Shown here: piece after piece, positions 1 through 9,002 of the stretch | Position numbering within the stretch: position 1 is the first letter of the stretch | Layout of the letters: every line of letters begins with the position of its first letter | Source of the DNA: Candidatus Ghiorseimicrobium undicola | Lineage (GTDB): Bacteria; Omnitrophota; Gorgyraeia; Ghiorseimicrobiales; Ghiorseimicrobiaceae | Assembly: GCA_002796125.1 (NCBI GenBank) | Contig: PCWA01000084.1 | Coordinates: 3,238-67,237, forward strand | Length of the DNA stretch: 64,000 bases | Direction: 5' to 3' | Position numbers and translations under genes: made by a program | Notes under the pieces: model-generated | Databases searched by the model: none | Told to the model about the DNA's origin: nothing | The model's input: the letters and a program-made list of their open reading frames with translations, nothing else

Positions 1-756
1 GCACATAATATTATCCAAAACTTTGGGATTAAAACTTTCTTTCAGTAATTTAAAATAGTTTTCATATTCTCCGTTTAAATTAAGATAATCTTTGAACCGG
101 TTTATGGGCACATTGGTAATGGTAATAAGCCGGCTAAATTCTATGCCGTATTTTCCTCTTAACATATGTTTATAATCTTTTTCCAATTTTTCCTGCTCAG
201 GCGGCAGATACGCCCCTTTAGGGTTATATACCAAGTCCAGGCTAAGCCCCTTTTCCAAGGCAAACCCCGCCTTATTTAAAACCTGCAACGCGGCTATGCT
301 CTTATCAAATACCCCCTCGCCTCTTTGATAATCAATATTTTCTTTTAAATAACAAGGAAGGGAACAAATAAGATGAACCCGGTATTTCTTAAAAAAGTCC
401 GGCAGGTGCTTTTTGCCTTCCTCAAATAGAACCGTCAAGTTCGAGCGCACTATAACCTCATCGGCCAATGGACGGGCCGAGGCAACAAAATAATCAAAAT
501 TTGGGTTGAGCTCGGGAGCGCCTCCGGTGATATCCAGCGTTTTTATTTTGTGCCGTGAAAGAAAAGACAGGACATCATCCACGATTTTTCTTGGCATTAT
601 CTTCGCCCCGCCCGGAGAAGCCCCGACATGGCAATGCAGGCAGCTCTGGTTACAAAGATTGCCCATATTTACCTGCAAGGTAGCAAGCTTGTCTCTTCTT
701 AATAATGAGCTATAATCCAAATCGTATTTTTCCATAGTTGATAAGAAGGCATTCAT
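1..756 (-). CDS. Radical SAM protein, ArsS-like (TIGR04167 family); N-terminal part only, C-terminus lies beyond the window start
   Basis: Minus-strand ORF starts at the ATG at 756-754, preceded by AGGAGG. The translation MNAFLSTMEKYDLDYSSLLRRDKLATLQVNMGNLCNQSCLHCHV carries a CxxxCxxC radical SAM motif. It is not in the ORF track because it runs off the window. Confidence 0.55.
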   Translation of the reverse strand, partial: MNAFLSTMEKYDLDYSSLLRRDKLATLQVNMGNLCNQSCLHCHVGASPGGAKIMPRKIVDDVLSFLSRHKIKTLDITGGAPELNPNFDYFVASARPLADEVIVRSNLTVLFEEGKKHLPDFFKKYRVHLICSLPCYLKENIDYQRGEGVFDKSIAALQVLNKAGFALEKGLSLDLVYNPKGAYLPPEQEKLEKDYKHMLRGKYGIEFSRLITITNVPINRFKDYLNLNGEYENYFKLLKESFNPKVLDNIMC

Positions 757-776
757 TTATTCCTCCTGCGTATTTA

Positions 777-1451
777 TCAAATTTTATTCTTCAATTTCTT
801 CTTTTGAAGATATTTTTGAAGATAAAACACGCCCGCGAACAATAAAATCGCAACACCTATCACCCAGAAATTTTTCGGGTTAAATAAAACCTTTATAAGA
901 GATGAGCCAAAAAAGACGAATGCAAAAGATACCGGCATTATGCCGAGCAATGTGGCAAAAAAATAATCGCGGAACTTAACACGGGTCAGGCCCAAGCTTA
1001 AATTCTGTATATCCCAAGCAACATTAGGGATGAGCCTGATTAAAAAAACAGTTAAAAACCCGTGTTTTTCTATTTTTTCATCAAGGCGGGCAATTCTTCC
1101 TTTAAAATACTTGCGGAGTAGTTCCCTGGCAAAATATCTGGCTAAGAAAAACTCAACCGTGGAAGAAATATTGGCGGCAATTTGAACGTATAAAAACCCT
1201 AAAGCCGCCCCCCAGACTACTCCAGCGGCAGCCGATAAAACCCCGGCAGGAAAAAATATCAATGGGCGCAATAAATATACCGCTATATAAACAACCGGAC
1301 CCCATGCCCCCAGCGATTCTACGTGGCGCCTGAATTCTTCTTCGGAAATATTGGAAAAATCTATATTAAGAAAACGGAGTAAAAAAAATACGCAAAACAA
1401 AACTGATAAAATAAGCGCAAATCTAAACCAAAGACTTTTTATTGGCTTCAT
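777..1451 (-). CDS. TVP38/TMEM64 (DedA-related) family membrane protein
   Basis: 224 aa with multiple TM helices; conserved LLRPLIFFPAGVLSAAAGVVWG and LIRLIPNV motifs typical of the family. Confidence 0.65.
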   Translation of the reverse strand: MKPIKSLWFRFALILSVLFCVFFLLRFLNIDFSNISEEEFRRHVESLGAWGPVVYIAVYLLRPLIFFPAGVLSAAAGVVWGAALGFLYVQIAANISSTVEFFLARYFARELLRKYFKGRIARLDEKIEKHGFLTVFLIRLIPNVAWDIQNLSLGLTRVKFRDYFFATLLGIMPVSFAFVFFGSSLIKVLFNPKNFWVIGVAILLFAGVFYLQKYLQKKKLKNKI

Positions 1452-1462
1452 GCGCTTTCTCC

Positions 1463-2896
1463 TTATCTTTTCTTTATTATATTAAGGACGAATTTTATCA
1501 ACGGATTATCAGCCATAGCTATTAACGGCTTAGCCGCGGTTTTCTTGACAATCTCAGAAAGCGTCGGGTATATAAAAAGTACTTCTGCTATCTTGGATAG
1601 CTTTATGTTGAAGGATTTGGCAATAAGCAGGCCTTGCATAATCTCAGAAGCAGAACTGCCTGTAATATGGGCGCCTAATATGTATCCTTTTTTATCGGTT
1701 ATAATTTTAATCAAGCCGTTTTTTTCCGAGTCCGTAACCGCGCGGTCCGATACGCCGTATTCAGATTTATATATTTTGATACCGCGGTATTTTTTTTGCG
1801 CCTCTTCTTGTATCAAGCCTAAATGCGCAACCTCAGGATCTGTAAATGTTGCCCATACAATATTATCATAGCTTACTCTCTGCCAGGCGATGCGCCTAAA
1901 AAGCGCGTTACGCACGCATATACCCGCCTGATAAGCCGCCACATGGCTGAATTGATAAGGGCCTGCTATATCGCCGCAGGCAAAAATATTTTTATTGGTT
2001 GTCTGAAGGTATTTATTTACAATCAGGCCTTTTTTGTCATGCTTAACATTGGCCTTGTCTAAAGATAATCCTTCTAAATTAGGGGCCCGGCCCACGGCTA
2101 CTAAAATATTTTCCGCAGATATTTCCTCTCTCCTCCCATCACCACTCTCAATAATAACCGTGACTAAGTTATCCTTTTTATATACTTTTACCGCCTTTTT
2201 ACCTGCCAATATTTCTACACCTTCTTGCTTCAAAGAATTTTCTAAAACTGACGCTATCTCTTTATCTTCGCGGAATAATATCCTCTCCAGCATTTCGACA
2301 ACATGTACTTTAACCCCTAACCTGTTTAAGGCCTGAGATAGCTCGATACCAATCGGCCCACCTCCCAAAACTATCAGGCTTTTCGGCAAAACATCCAAAT
2401 CAAAGATATTCTCGTTGGTAAGATATCCTGCCTTATCCAGCCCTTCTATCGGCGGTATAGCAGGATGGGAACCAGTGCAGATTATAAATTTTTTAGCGCT
2501 AAATTTTTGATTATTAACTTCAACGGTATTTTGATTTATGAATTTCACAGGCCCAATAACTACCTTAATCCCTCTTTTCTCAAAGAGCTCATTAGGGTGA
2601 TGTGTGGACACCTCATGGACTATATCCCGTACGTGCGGCATAACCCCTGCCGTATCCAATTTTATACCCTTAGATAAATTCAGCCCGAATAATTCAAACC
2701 TATTGATTAAATTAGCCACATGCGCTGACTTAAGGAGTGCCTTGGAGGGTACACAGCCAAACCAGGTGCAGTCTCCGCCAAGCCTGGTTTTTTCAATAAG
2801 GCAGGCTTTGGCTCCGAGGGCGCTGGCAACGCTTACGGCGAATAAACCTCCTGCCCCGCCGCCGATAACTATAATATCAAAATTTTCATGGCGCAT
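1463..2896 (-). CDS. Pyridine nucleotide-disulfide oxidoreductase (dihydrolipoamide dehydrogenase / mercuric reductase-like flavoprotein)
   Basis: 477 aa; N-terminal FAD fold IIVIGGGAGG; redox-active CTWFGCVPSK (Cx4C); C-terminal dimerisation domain. Confidence 0.75.
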   Translation of the reverse strand: MRHENFDIIVIGGGAGGLFAVSVASALGAKACLIEKTRLGGDCTWFGCVPSKALLKSAHVANLINRFELFGLNLSKGIKLDTAGVMPHVRDIVHEVSTHHPNELFEKRGIKVVIGPVKFINQNTVEVNNQKFSAKKFIICTGSHPAIPPIEGLDKAGYLTNENIFDLDVLPKSLIVLGGGPIGIELSQALNRLGVKVHVVEMLERILFREDKEIASVLENSLKQEGVEILAGKKAVKVYKKDNLVTVIIESGDGRREEISAENILVAVGRAPNLEGLSLDKANVKHDKKGLIVNKYLQTTNKNIFACGDIAGPYQFSHVAAYQAGICVRNALFRRIAWQRVSYDNIVWATFTDPEVAHLGLIQEEAQKKYRGIKIYKSEYGVSDRAVTDSEKNGLIKIITDKKGYILGAHITGSSASEIMQGLLIAKSFNIKLSKIAEVLFIYPTLSEIVKKTAAKPLIAMADNPLIKFVLNIIKKR

Positions 2897-2908
2897 TATT
2901 GATTCTTA

Positions 2909-4048
2909 TTAGTTTGCTATTACGCACAGCCGCTCTTTCTTCGCCTCAATCGCGCTTAAGAGCGCGTCAAAGGATTTTTCAAATGCGGCCAGGCCGCCTC
3001 TAAGCAAATCAGCGCACACATCATTTATTCCGATACCTGCCTTCTCCAGAGCGCTGATTATATTATCGGCACAGAAAACATCAGAAGTCAATGCTTCTTT
3101 AACACTGCCGTGCCCTAAAAACGCTTCCAGTGTATTCTGCGGCAGAGTATTTACCGTATTTTTGGCAATAAGCTCTATTACGTATTTGATGTCGCGATAA
3201 GCAGGGTTTTTGGTACTGGTAGAGGCCCATAAAACTCTTTGCGGGTTAGCGCCCTTGAGAGAGATATTTTTAAATTGCGCGGAAGAGAATATTTCAGAAT
3301 AATTTTTATAAATAAACGCGCAATTTGAAACCGCTGCCTTACCCTTAAGCTTTAGTAAATTATCCTTATCACTCCCGGCAGGCTTATCTCTTGCTAATTC
3401 GTCTAACCTGTCATCAATAACTGTATCAATACGGCTGACAAAACAGGAAGCAACAGAGCGTATCTTGTTTGCGTCTGAATTGCTCTTTAAGTATCTATTT
3501 ATGCCCCTGATATAAGCGTTGGCAGTATTCACATATTGCTTAAGTGAAAATATAAGCGTTGCGTTAACATTCATTCCGCAGGCAGTCAATTCTTCAATTG
3601 CGCTAAAACCTTCTTCGGTAGCAGGAACCTTTAACATTAAATTTGGCCGGGCGACTTCTCTCTGCAGTCTTTTCCCCTCTTCTATGGTCTGGCCTTTATC
3701 ATATGCCAATTTAGGATTGATTTCCAAGCTGACATACCCGTCAAGGCCTCCTGTATCTTTAAAAACAGGCATAAAGATATCCGCCGCATCCCGGATATCT
3801 TGAATAGTTAAACAATCATAAATCTCAAAAGCCGACTTGCCTGACCTGCAAAGATTATAGATCGCCTGATCATAGTCGCTTCCTGAATTTATGGCTTTTT
3901 CAAAGATCGCCGGGTTGGAAGTTAATCCCCTTAGCCCTAAGCCGATTAATTCCTCTAATTTCTTAGTCTCAATTAAAGAGCGGCTTATATAATCAAGCCA
4001 GGCGCTTTGGCCAAAATTTGCCAGTTGCGTAATTTTTGTATTATCCAT
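2909..4048 (-). CDS. tal: Transaldolase (long actinobacterial-type)
   Basis: 379 aa; LMLKVPATEEG active-site region and overall transaldolase architecture. Confidence 0.75.
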   Translation of the reverse strand: MDNTKITQLANFGQSAWLDYISRSLIETKKLEELIGLGLRGLTSNPAIFEKAINSGSDYDQAIYNLCRSGKSAFEIYDCLTIQDIRDAADIFMPVFKDTGGLDGYVSLEINPKLAYDKGQTIEEGKRLQREVARPNLMLKVPATEEGFSAIEELTACGMNVNATLIFSLKQYVNTANAYIRGINRYLKSNSDANKIRSVASCFVSRIDTVIDDRLDELARDKPAGSDKDNLLKLKGKAAVSNCAFIYKNYSEIFSSAQFKNISLKGANPQRVLWASTSTKNPAYRDIKYVIELIAKNTVNTLPQNTLEAFLGHGSVKEALTSDVFCADNIISALEKAGIGINDVCADLLRGGLAAFEKSFDALLSAIEAKKERLCVIAN

Positions 4049-4078
4049 TTCATCCTTCCTTTCAGATTTTTTGTTTTT

Positions 4079-4750
4079 CTATCTTAAATCATAATAAAAT
4101 TTCTTTAAGGCAACAGTAGAAAAACCTAAGATAAAACCCAGGCCTAACAGCCAGTTTATAAAGGTGGTTTTTAATATGCCCTGGCGTTCCCAGCGCCTGG
4201 GCGAAGAAAAAACCCTTTTATTCAAAAGGCATAACCTCCCCTGCCTTTTGAGTTTTCTCGAAAATAAAACATCCTCAAATAAATCCACCTTGTCAAAACC
4301 GCCGAGTTTTAAAAAAATATCCTTGCGCACAAAAACAGCCTGATCGCCATAAAATATTTTAAAAATCCCTGCCCGTAGGTTACCGGAAGACTCTATTAAC
4401 CGGTAAATAAGCTTACCAGAATTTATGCGCTGGGAAAAAGCCCCGCCGATAAAACCTTTAGCAATAGCCCGTTCGGCCGCCTCCAGTGCGCCAGCTTCCA
4501 ATGCACAATCAGCATGTAGGAATAATAATATCTCGCCTTGAGCAGACTCTCCACCTTTATTCATCTGCCCGGCCCTGTTCTTTTCTGATTTTATTATTGC
4601 AACGGGATAGGCGCCGGCAATTTTAATAGTATTATCGGGGCTTCCTCCATCTACCACAATAACTTCTATGTTCTTGTTTAATGAAATATTTTCGAGAACT
4701 GCTTTTGTGGCTGCTTCTTCATTGTATGTGGGAATAATAATGGAAATCAT
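4079..4750 (-). CDS. Family 2 glycosyltransferase (small, C-terminal membrane anchor)
   Basis: 223 aa; N-terminal MISIIIPTYNEE GT-A motif, DGGSPD, C-terminal hydrophobic segment. Confidence 0.65.
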   Translation of the reverse strand: MISIIIPTYNEEAATKAVLENISLNKNIEVIVVDGGSPDNTIKIAGAYPVAIIKSEKNRAGQMNKGGESAQGEILLFLHADCALEAGALEAAERAIAKGFIGGAFSQRINSGKLIYRLIESSGNLRAGIFKIFYGDQAVFVRKDIFLKLGGFDKVDLFEDVLFSRKLKRQGRLCLLNKRVFSSPRRWERQGILKTTFINWLLGLGFILGFSTVALKKFYYDLR

Positions 4751-4794
4751 TATTATTAAAGGCCTAATTTAGGATGATACGGCACAACTATTTA

Positions 4795-5835
4795 TTACCT
4801 GTCTTTTTTAATATAATTACTATAGTTAGTGCTCAACTCTTTAAGGCTGTCCGAGCCGAATTTCTCCAAGAAAGCATTGGCTAATTCAAAGGCAATTACC
4901 GCCTCGGCAACTACAGAACATGCTTCTACCGCGCATGTATCATAACGCTCAACAGCTGCTTTGGAGGCTTTTTTATTTAGCATATTTACGGAAGGAAGCG
5001 CGTTGCCTACCGTTGATATTGGTTTCATGCAGGCACGGATTACGAGCGGCTGGCCGTTAGTCACGCCGCCTTCTAACCCGCCCGCATTATTAGTTTTGCG
5101 GTAAAAATTATGTTTTTTATCATAATATATGGCATCATGGACGCCTGATCCAAACTGACCGGCATAGCCAAAGCCCAATCCGATCTCAACCGCTTTAACT
5201 GCCGGTATTGACATTACTGCCGCAGAAAGCCGCCCATCAAGACGCCTGTCACAATGAACATAAGAGCCTAGCCCTATAGGCAGATTGAATGCCCTAACTT
5301 CAAATACTCCGCCTAAAGTATCTTTGTTTTTTTTCGCTTCATTAATTTTACGCTTTATGTCCGAATAATTATAAACACCGCCGATCTGGCAAATACTGCT
5401 ATTTATTTTTATTTTAAACTCCGCAAGCAACATTTTGCATATTGCCCCTACCGCCGTGCGCGCGGCAGTTTCACGGGCGGACGCACGCTCCAAAACACAC
5501 CTTATATCATCAAAACCATACTTAAGAACACCTGCCAAATCAGCATGCCCCGGCCGGGGAGAATAAACAGCCGGTAGTTTTTCTATTTTATAATCCTTAT
5601 TTTTTATTAAAACCGCGATGGGGCTGCCTATAGTTTTATTCCCTTTTACGCCGGAGAGAATCTCCGCCCTATCCCTTTCTATTTTCATTCTGCCGCCGCG
5701 CCCTGCGCCGCCCTGCCTGCGAATAAGCTCTAAATCTATTTTTTTGACATCAAGGTTTAATCCGGAAACCATCCCTTCTAAAATAGCTACTAAACCTTTA
5801 CCGTGAGATTCGCCCGCGGTTAAAAATCTTAACAT
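4795..5835 (-). CDS. aroC: Chorismate synthase
   Basis: 346 aa; MLRFLTAGESHGKGLVAILEGMVSGL N-terminus and RSSARETAARTAVGAI signature. Confidence 0.9.
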   Translation of the reverse strand: MLRFLTAGESHGKGLVAILEGMVSGLNLDVKKIDLELIRRQGGAGRGGRMKIERDRAEILSGVKGNKTIGSPIAVLIKNKDYKIEKLPAVYSPRPGHADLAGVLKYGFDDIRCVLERASARETAARTAVGAICKMLLAEFKIKINSSICQIGGVYNYSDIKRKINEAKKNKDTLGGVFEVRAFNLPIGLGSYVHCDRRLDGRLSAAVMSIPAVKAVEIGLGFGYAGQFGSGVHDAIYYDKKHNFYRKTNNAGGLEGGVTNGQPLVIRACMKPISTVGNALPSVNMLNKKASKAAVERYDTCAVEACSVVAEAVIAFELANAFLEKFGSDSLKELSTNYSNYIKKDR

Positions 5836-5848
5836 AGCAACCCCTTTT

Positions 5849-6622
5849 TTAATATCCGTAAAATAACAATTTAATTATCGCGTTTCCATAAAAAAGCGAT
5901 AATACGGCTCCCAAAGACAAAAATGGACCATAGGGAATCAAATGGCCTTTCTTTTGAATTAAAACTATAATCCCGAATATGGCTCCGAAAAACGGCGCAA
6001 TAAAAAAAGCGACTATTGCCAATTTCCACCCTAAAAAGGCGCCAATTGCCGCCATCAGCTTAACGTCGCCGAAACCCATAGCATCTTTTCTAAACAACAG
6101 CGTCCCTATTAATCCAATAAGGTAAGTAAGCAGGCTGGCGGATAACGCCCCAATAAAAGAATAGAATATGCCTTCTATCCGCGAAACAACCCCATCCTGC
6201 ATTTCGGGAAAAATAAAACTCAAAATTAAGCCTAAGGCCAACCCGCCGAGAGAGACCTCATCGGGAATAATACGGTATTTAATATCAACGAAGCTGGCTA
6301 TCAAAAGCAGGCTGAAGAATAGCGCGTATATAAAAAAATCTGCCGTTAACCCGTAGTATCTAAACAGACCCAAAAAAACTGAGGCTGTTATCAATTCCAC
6401 GATAAAATACCTGGCAGGAATACTCATATTGCAATATCTGCATCTGGCGCGCAGTAAAATATAACTTACCAAAGGGATATTATCATACCACTGAATTTTA
6501 TTATTGCAGCATGGGCACCTCGAGCCGGGCATTACAATTGATTCCGCCTTGGGCATACGGTATATGCAAACATTCAGGAAACTACCCACGATAGAACCAA
6601 AAATAAATATAAAAATACTCAT
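5849..6622 (-). CDS. pilD: Prepilin peptidase (A24 family, type IV leader peptidase/N-methylase)
   Basis: 257 aa polytopic membrane protein; N-terminal Cys tetrad CPCCNNK...CRYC; GFGDVKL catalytic motif. Confidence 0.85.
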   Translation of the reverse strand: MSIFIFIFGSIVGSFLNVCIYRMPKAESIVMPGSRCPCCNNKIQWYDNIPLVSYILLRARCRYCNMSIPARYFIVELITASVFLGLFRYYGLTADFFIYALFFSLLLIASFVDIKYRIIPDEVSLGGLALGLILSFIFPEMQDGVVSRIEGIFYSFIGALSASLLTYLIGLIGTLLFRKDAMGFGDVKLMAAIGAFLGWKLAIVAFFIAPFFGAIFGIIVLIQKKGHLIPYGPFLSLGAVLSLFYGNAIIKLLFYGY

Positions 6623-6981
6623 GAATTAGAAGAAGAATTTACATATTGAGCGATTTTCTGCCTGTCCAGCTCTTCAATTTTTAAGAATTCAAATCCTATA
6701 TCAAACCTTTTTCTAGTTTCCGATTCAACCTTAAACTCATTTTTCCAGAGCGTCTTCGCCCAAGCTAAAATCGGCAAAGAGCTGCCGGGCAGATAAATTT
6801 TTAATTCCACCTGCGAGCCGATTTCTATATCCTCATAAACTATAAGGCAGATACCTCCGGCGCTGATGTTTTTAACCTGGCTTGCTTTCACCGCTTCGCT
6901 GTTTGCCAGCTTATAATCAGCAACAACCGCGTAATGGCGCGGAAATTTTCTGCGCTCTCTTTTAGAAGCATCATCAAGCAT
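6619..6981 (-). CDS. PilZ domain protein (c-di-GMP binding)
   Basis: 120 aa; RRKFPR (RxxxR) and NISAGGI (D/NxSxxG) motifs. Confidence 0.7.
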   Translation of the reverse strand: MLDDASKRERRKFPRHYAVVADYKLANSEAVKASQVKNISAGGICLIVYEDIEIGSQVELKIYLPGSSLPILAWAKTLWKNEFKVESETRKRFDIGFEFLKIEELDRQKIAQYVNSSSNS

Positions 6982-7023
6982 CCTTATCCTCCCCGAATTA
7001 ACTTTTTATCCGCTCTGAGTAAA

Positions 7024-7542
7024 TCAGGCGGAAAGATTGTTTCGCGCGCCGAATACGTAATTGGCTATTACCTGGCGGTCTCTTTCATCAATCTTTATAA
7101 ACTCAATACCTACTTCAAATCTAATGCGATTGTCATCCCCAACGATAAAATCATCCTTCCAGACAACCCGGCCTTCAGCAAGCAAAGGAAAATCCTGCTC
7201 AGGCAAATAAATATTCAGTTTTAATTGCGAGCCGATTTCTATATCCTCATAAACTATAAGGCAGATACCTCCGGCGCTGATGTTTTTAGTATTGCCTGAT
7301 TCGGACGAATCTTTATGCACAATCTTATAATCTACGAGCACTGACAAATTGAGGCGGGAAAATTTCCGCTTTTCTTTAAAATCATCAGCTGGCATATTTT
7401 CAACCTCCTTATTGACTTTTACTTTACCAATAGCATTAAGGTAGTCAATATTTCGCTTATGTTTTGCGGAATTTTTACCATTACCATTAGTTGTACAAAG
7501 CTCAGCAAGATTATCTTTGGCTTCGGCAAAACTTGGCACCAT
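7024..7542 (-). CDS. PilZ domain protein, paralog of the upstream gene with an N-terminal extension
   Basis: 172 aa; EKRKFSRL and NISAGGICLIVYEDIEIGSQ. A 62-bp DNA stretch is identical to the adjacent PilZ gene. Confidence 0.7.
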   Translation of the reverse strand: MVPSFAEAKDNLAELCTTNGNGKNSAKHKRNIDYLNAIGKVKVNKEVENMPADDFKEKRKFSRLNLSVLVDYKIVHKDSSESGNTKNISAGGICLIVYEDIEIGSQLKLNIYLPEQDFPLLAEGRVVWKDDFIVGDDNRIRFEVGIEFIKIDERDRQVIANYVFGARNNLSA

Positions 7543-7544
7543 AA

Positions 7545-8480
7545 CTATTTTTTATTCAACGCCGTATTTAATGCCCCGCGCATTATATCAATTGTGTCAA
7601 CGGACAGGCTCTTGCCTAGCCACAATGCAAAAGCATCCACCCCCTGATATAACAGCATACCATCCCCAGCCTTAGCAGGCAACCCTAAAGATTGGGCATC
7701 TTTAATTAATTGCGTCTTTCTATTATAGACCACATCATAGACATATAATTCTTTATGCAGCAAACTCTTATCTATCGGCGATGGATCAGCGTCTTTCATC
7801 CCGGTAGGCGTAGCGTTAACCAATAGCTGGCAAGATGTTATCTTTTCGGATATCCGGCTATTATCTCTGATGAATTCCAACTTTCCTTTTAGGTAAAAAA
7901 ATTGCGAAAAATGTTTTTCCGCCGCTTCTATCGCCGCTTGATTAATATCATTTACATATATTTTTTTAATTCCTCTCTGCTTCCAAGTTAATGCTGCGAT
8001 AATCGCCCGGCCTGCTCCTCCGCAGCCGATAAGCATTACGCTCCTGCCGCTTGTCTTAAACTTCAAATCCCTATCCAGAGATTTTAGGAATCCCGGGGCA
8101 TCCGTGTTCCAATAACGCAACATATGCTTATCTCTTCTGATGGTATTAACTGCTCCGGATAATCTAACATAGTGCAAATCTTCCTTTTTGGTCAGCTTAT
8201 CTACGGAGAATTTTTCTTCCAAAATCTCCCTAGCTCTTACTTTATACGGAATAGTAATATTAAAACCCGAGATGTCTCCTGCGCGAATGCTTCTACCCTC
8301 AACATCCTCAAATTCTTTATCCGGCTCCATCAGGAAACTAATTAATTCTTCCGGCTTTACTTCAAACAAACGGTATTCTGCATTGATGCCTAAATGCGCG
8401 AATGCCGCGTTATGCATTAGTGCCGATAAGCTGTGCTTCACCGGGTATCCGATTAATCCGTATATTTTATTCCTGGCCAT
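7545..8480 (-). CDS. aroE: Shikimate dehydrogenase (with an internal insertion)
   Basis: 311 aa; YGLIGYPVKHSLSALMHNAAF N-terminus; NTD and GxGGAGRAI NADP motif; LVNATPTGM. Confidence 0.8.
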   Translation of the reverse strand: MARNKIYGLIGYPVKHSLSALMHNAAFAHLGINAEYRLFEVKPEELISFLMEPDKEFEDVEGRSIRAGDISGFNITIPYKVRAREILEEKFSVDKLTKKEDLHYVRLSGAVNTIRRDKHMLRYWNTDAPGFLKSLDRDLKFKTSGRSVMLIGCGGAGRAIIAALTWKQRGIKKIYVNDINQAAIEAAEKHFSQFFYLKGKLEFIRDNSRISEKITSCQLLVNATPTGMKDADPSPIDKSLLHKELYVYDVVYNRKTQLIKDAQSLGLPAKAGDGMLLYQGVDAFALWLGKSLSVDTIDIMRGALNTALNKK

Positions 8481-8504
8481 CTTTATCTAATGGTTTAGCT
8501 TAAT

Positions 8505-8951
8505 TTATTTCTTTTTAATTCTTAATATCTTAAAAAACTGCTTCCAATGCCCGTCATCAAAATAGGTAAAAGGATAAGGAAAACGCATGCCGAGCGCTTC
8601 TTTGATTTCATCTATGGTAAGCTGGGTACTATACGGAGGGATTCTTTCTCCCTGGCTGAAAAGCTCAGGATATATTTTATAAATAATCTGCCAAAAATCC
8701 TGCCACTCATCAACAGTAAAATTATCAAAAACCGGAGCCAGCTTTACTTTTAACTCAATCTTTTTATTTTCAATTCCGTAAAATGCTGTCCGGTCGGGAA
8801 AAGCACTGTAGATAAGATTATCTCTTCTGACTTTTAAGTTTGTTGTGAGGTCAATATAGTCCTGCTTAAGATTTGCCCTGAAGAAAAAAATAAGGCAGGT
8901 GGCGAGAAAACCCAATAACAGCCATAGTCTAACAACTAATCTTTGGTTCAC
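8505..8951 (-). CDS. Hypothetical membrane-anchored protein
   Basis: 148 aa; GTG start; N-terminal TM helix; no recognisable domain. Confidence 0.4.
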   Translation of the reverse strand: MNQRLVVRLWLLLGFLATCLIFFFRANLKQDYIDLTTNLKVRRDNLIYSAFPDRTAFYGIENKKIELKVKLAPVFDNFTVDEWQDFWQIIYKIYPELFSQGERIPPYSTQLTIDEIKEALGMRFPYPFTYFDDGHWKQFFKILRIKKK

Positions 8952-9002
8952 CCCGCTCTTCCTTTCTTATGCTGCCCCATCCCTTAGGAAGGGCGGGGTT
9001 CA
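8947..9002 (-). repeat. Long-range hairpin pairing the leuA 3' end with the SD+GTG start of the downstream gene
   Basis: Minus strand AATGAACCCCGCCCTTCC TAA..24 nt..GGAAGAGCGGGGTGAACC. The arms are imperfect inverted repeats and the GTG is the start of ORF 8505..8951. Confidence 0.55.

Noticed and set aside
1545-2912. Plus-strand ORFs of 70-108 aa antisense to the flavoprotein gene (and similar antisense ORFs throughout, e.g. 16771..17259, 19334..19864, 50905..51348)
   Set aside because: They lie entirely inside well-supported longer genes on the other strand, have no motifs, and reflect stop-poor antisense frames in an AT-rich genome.
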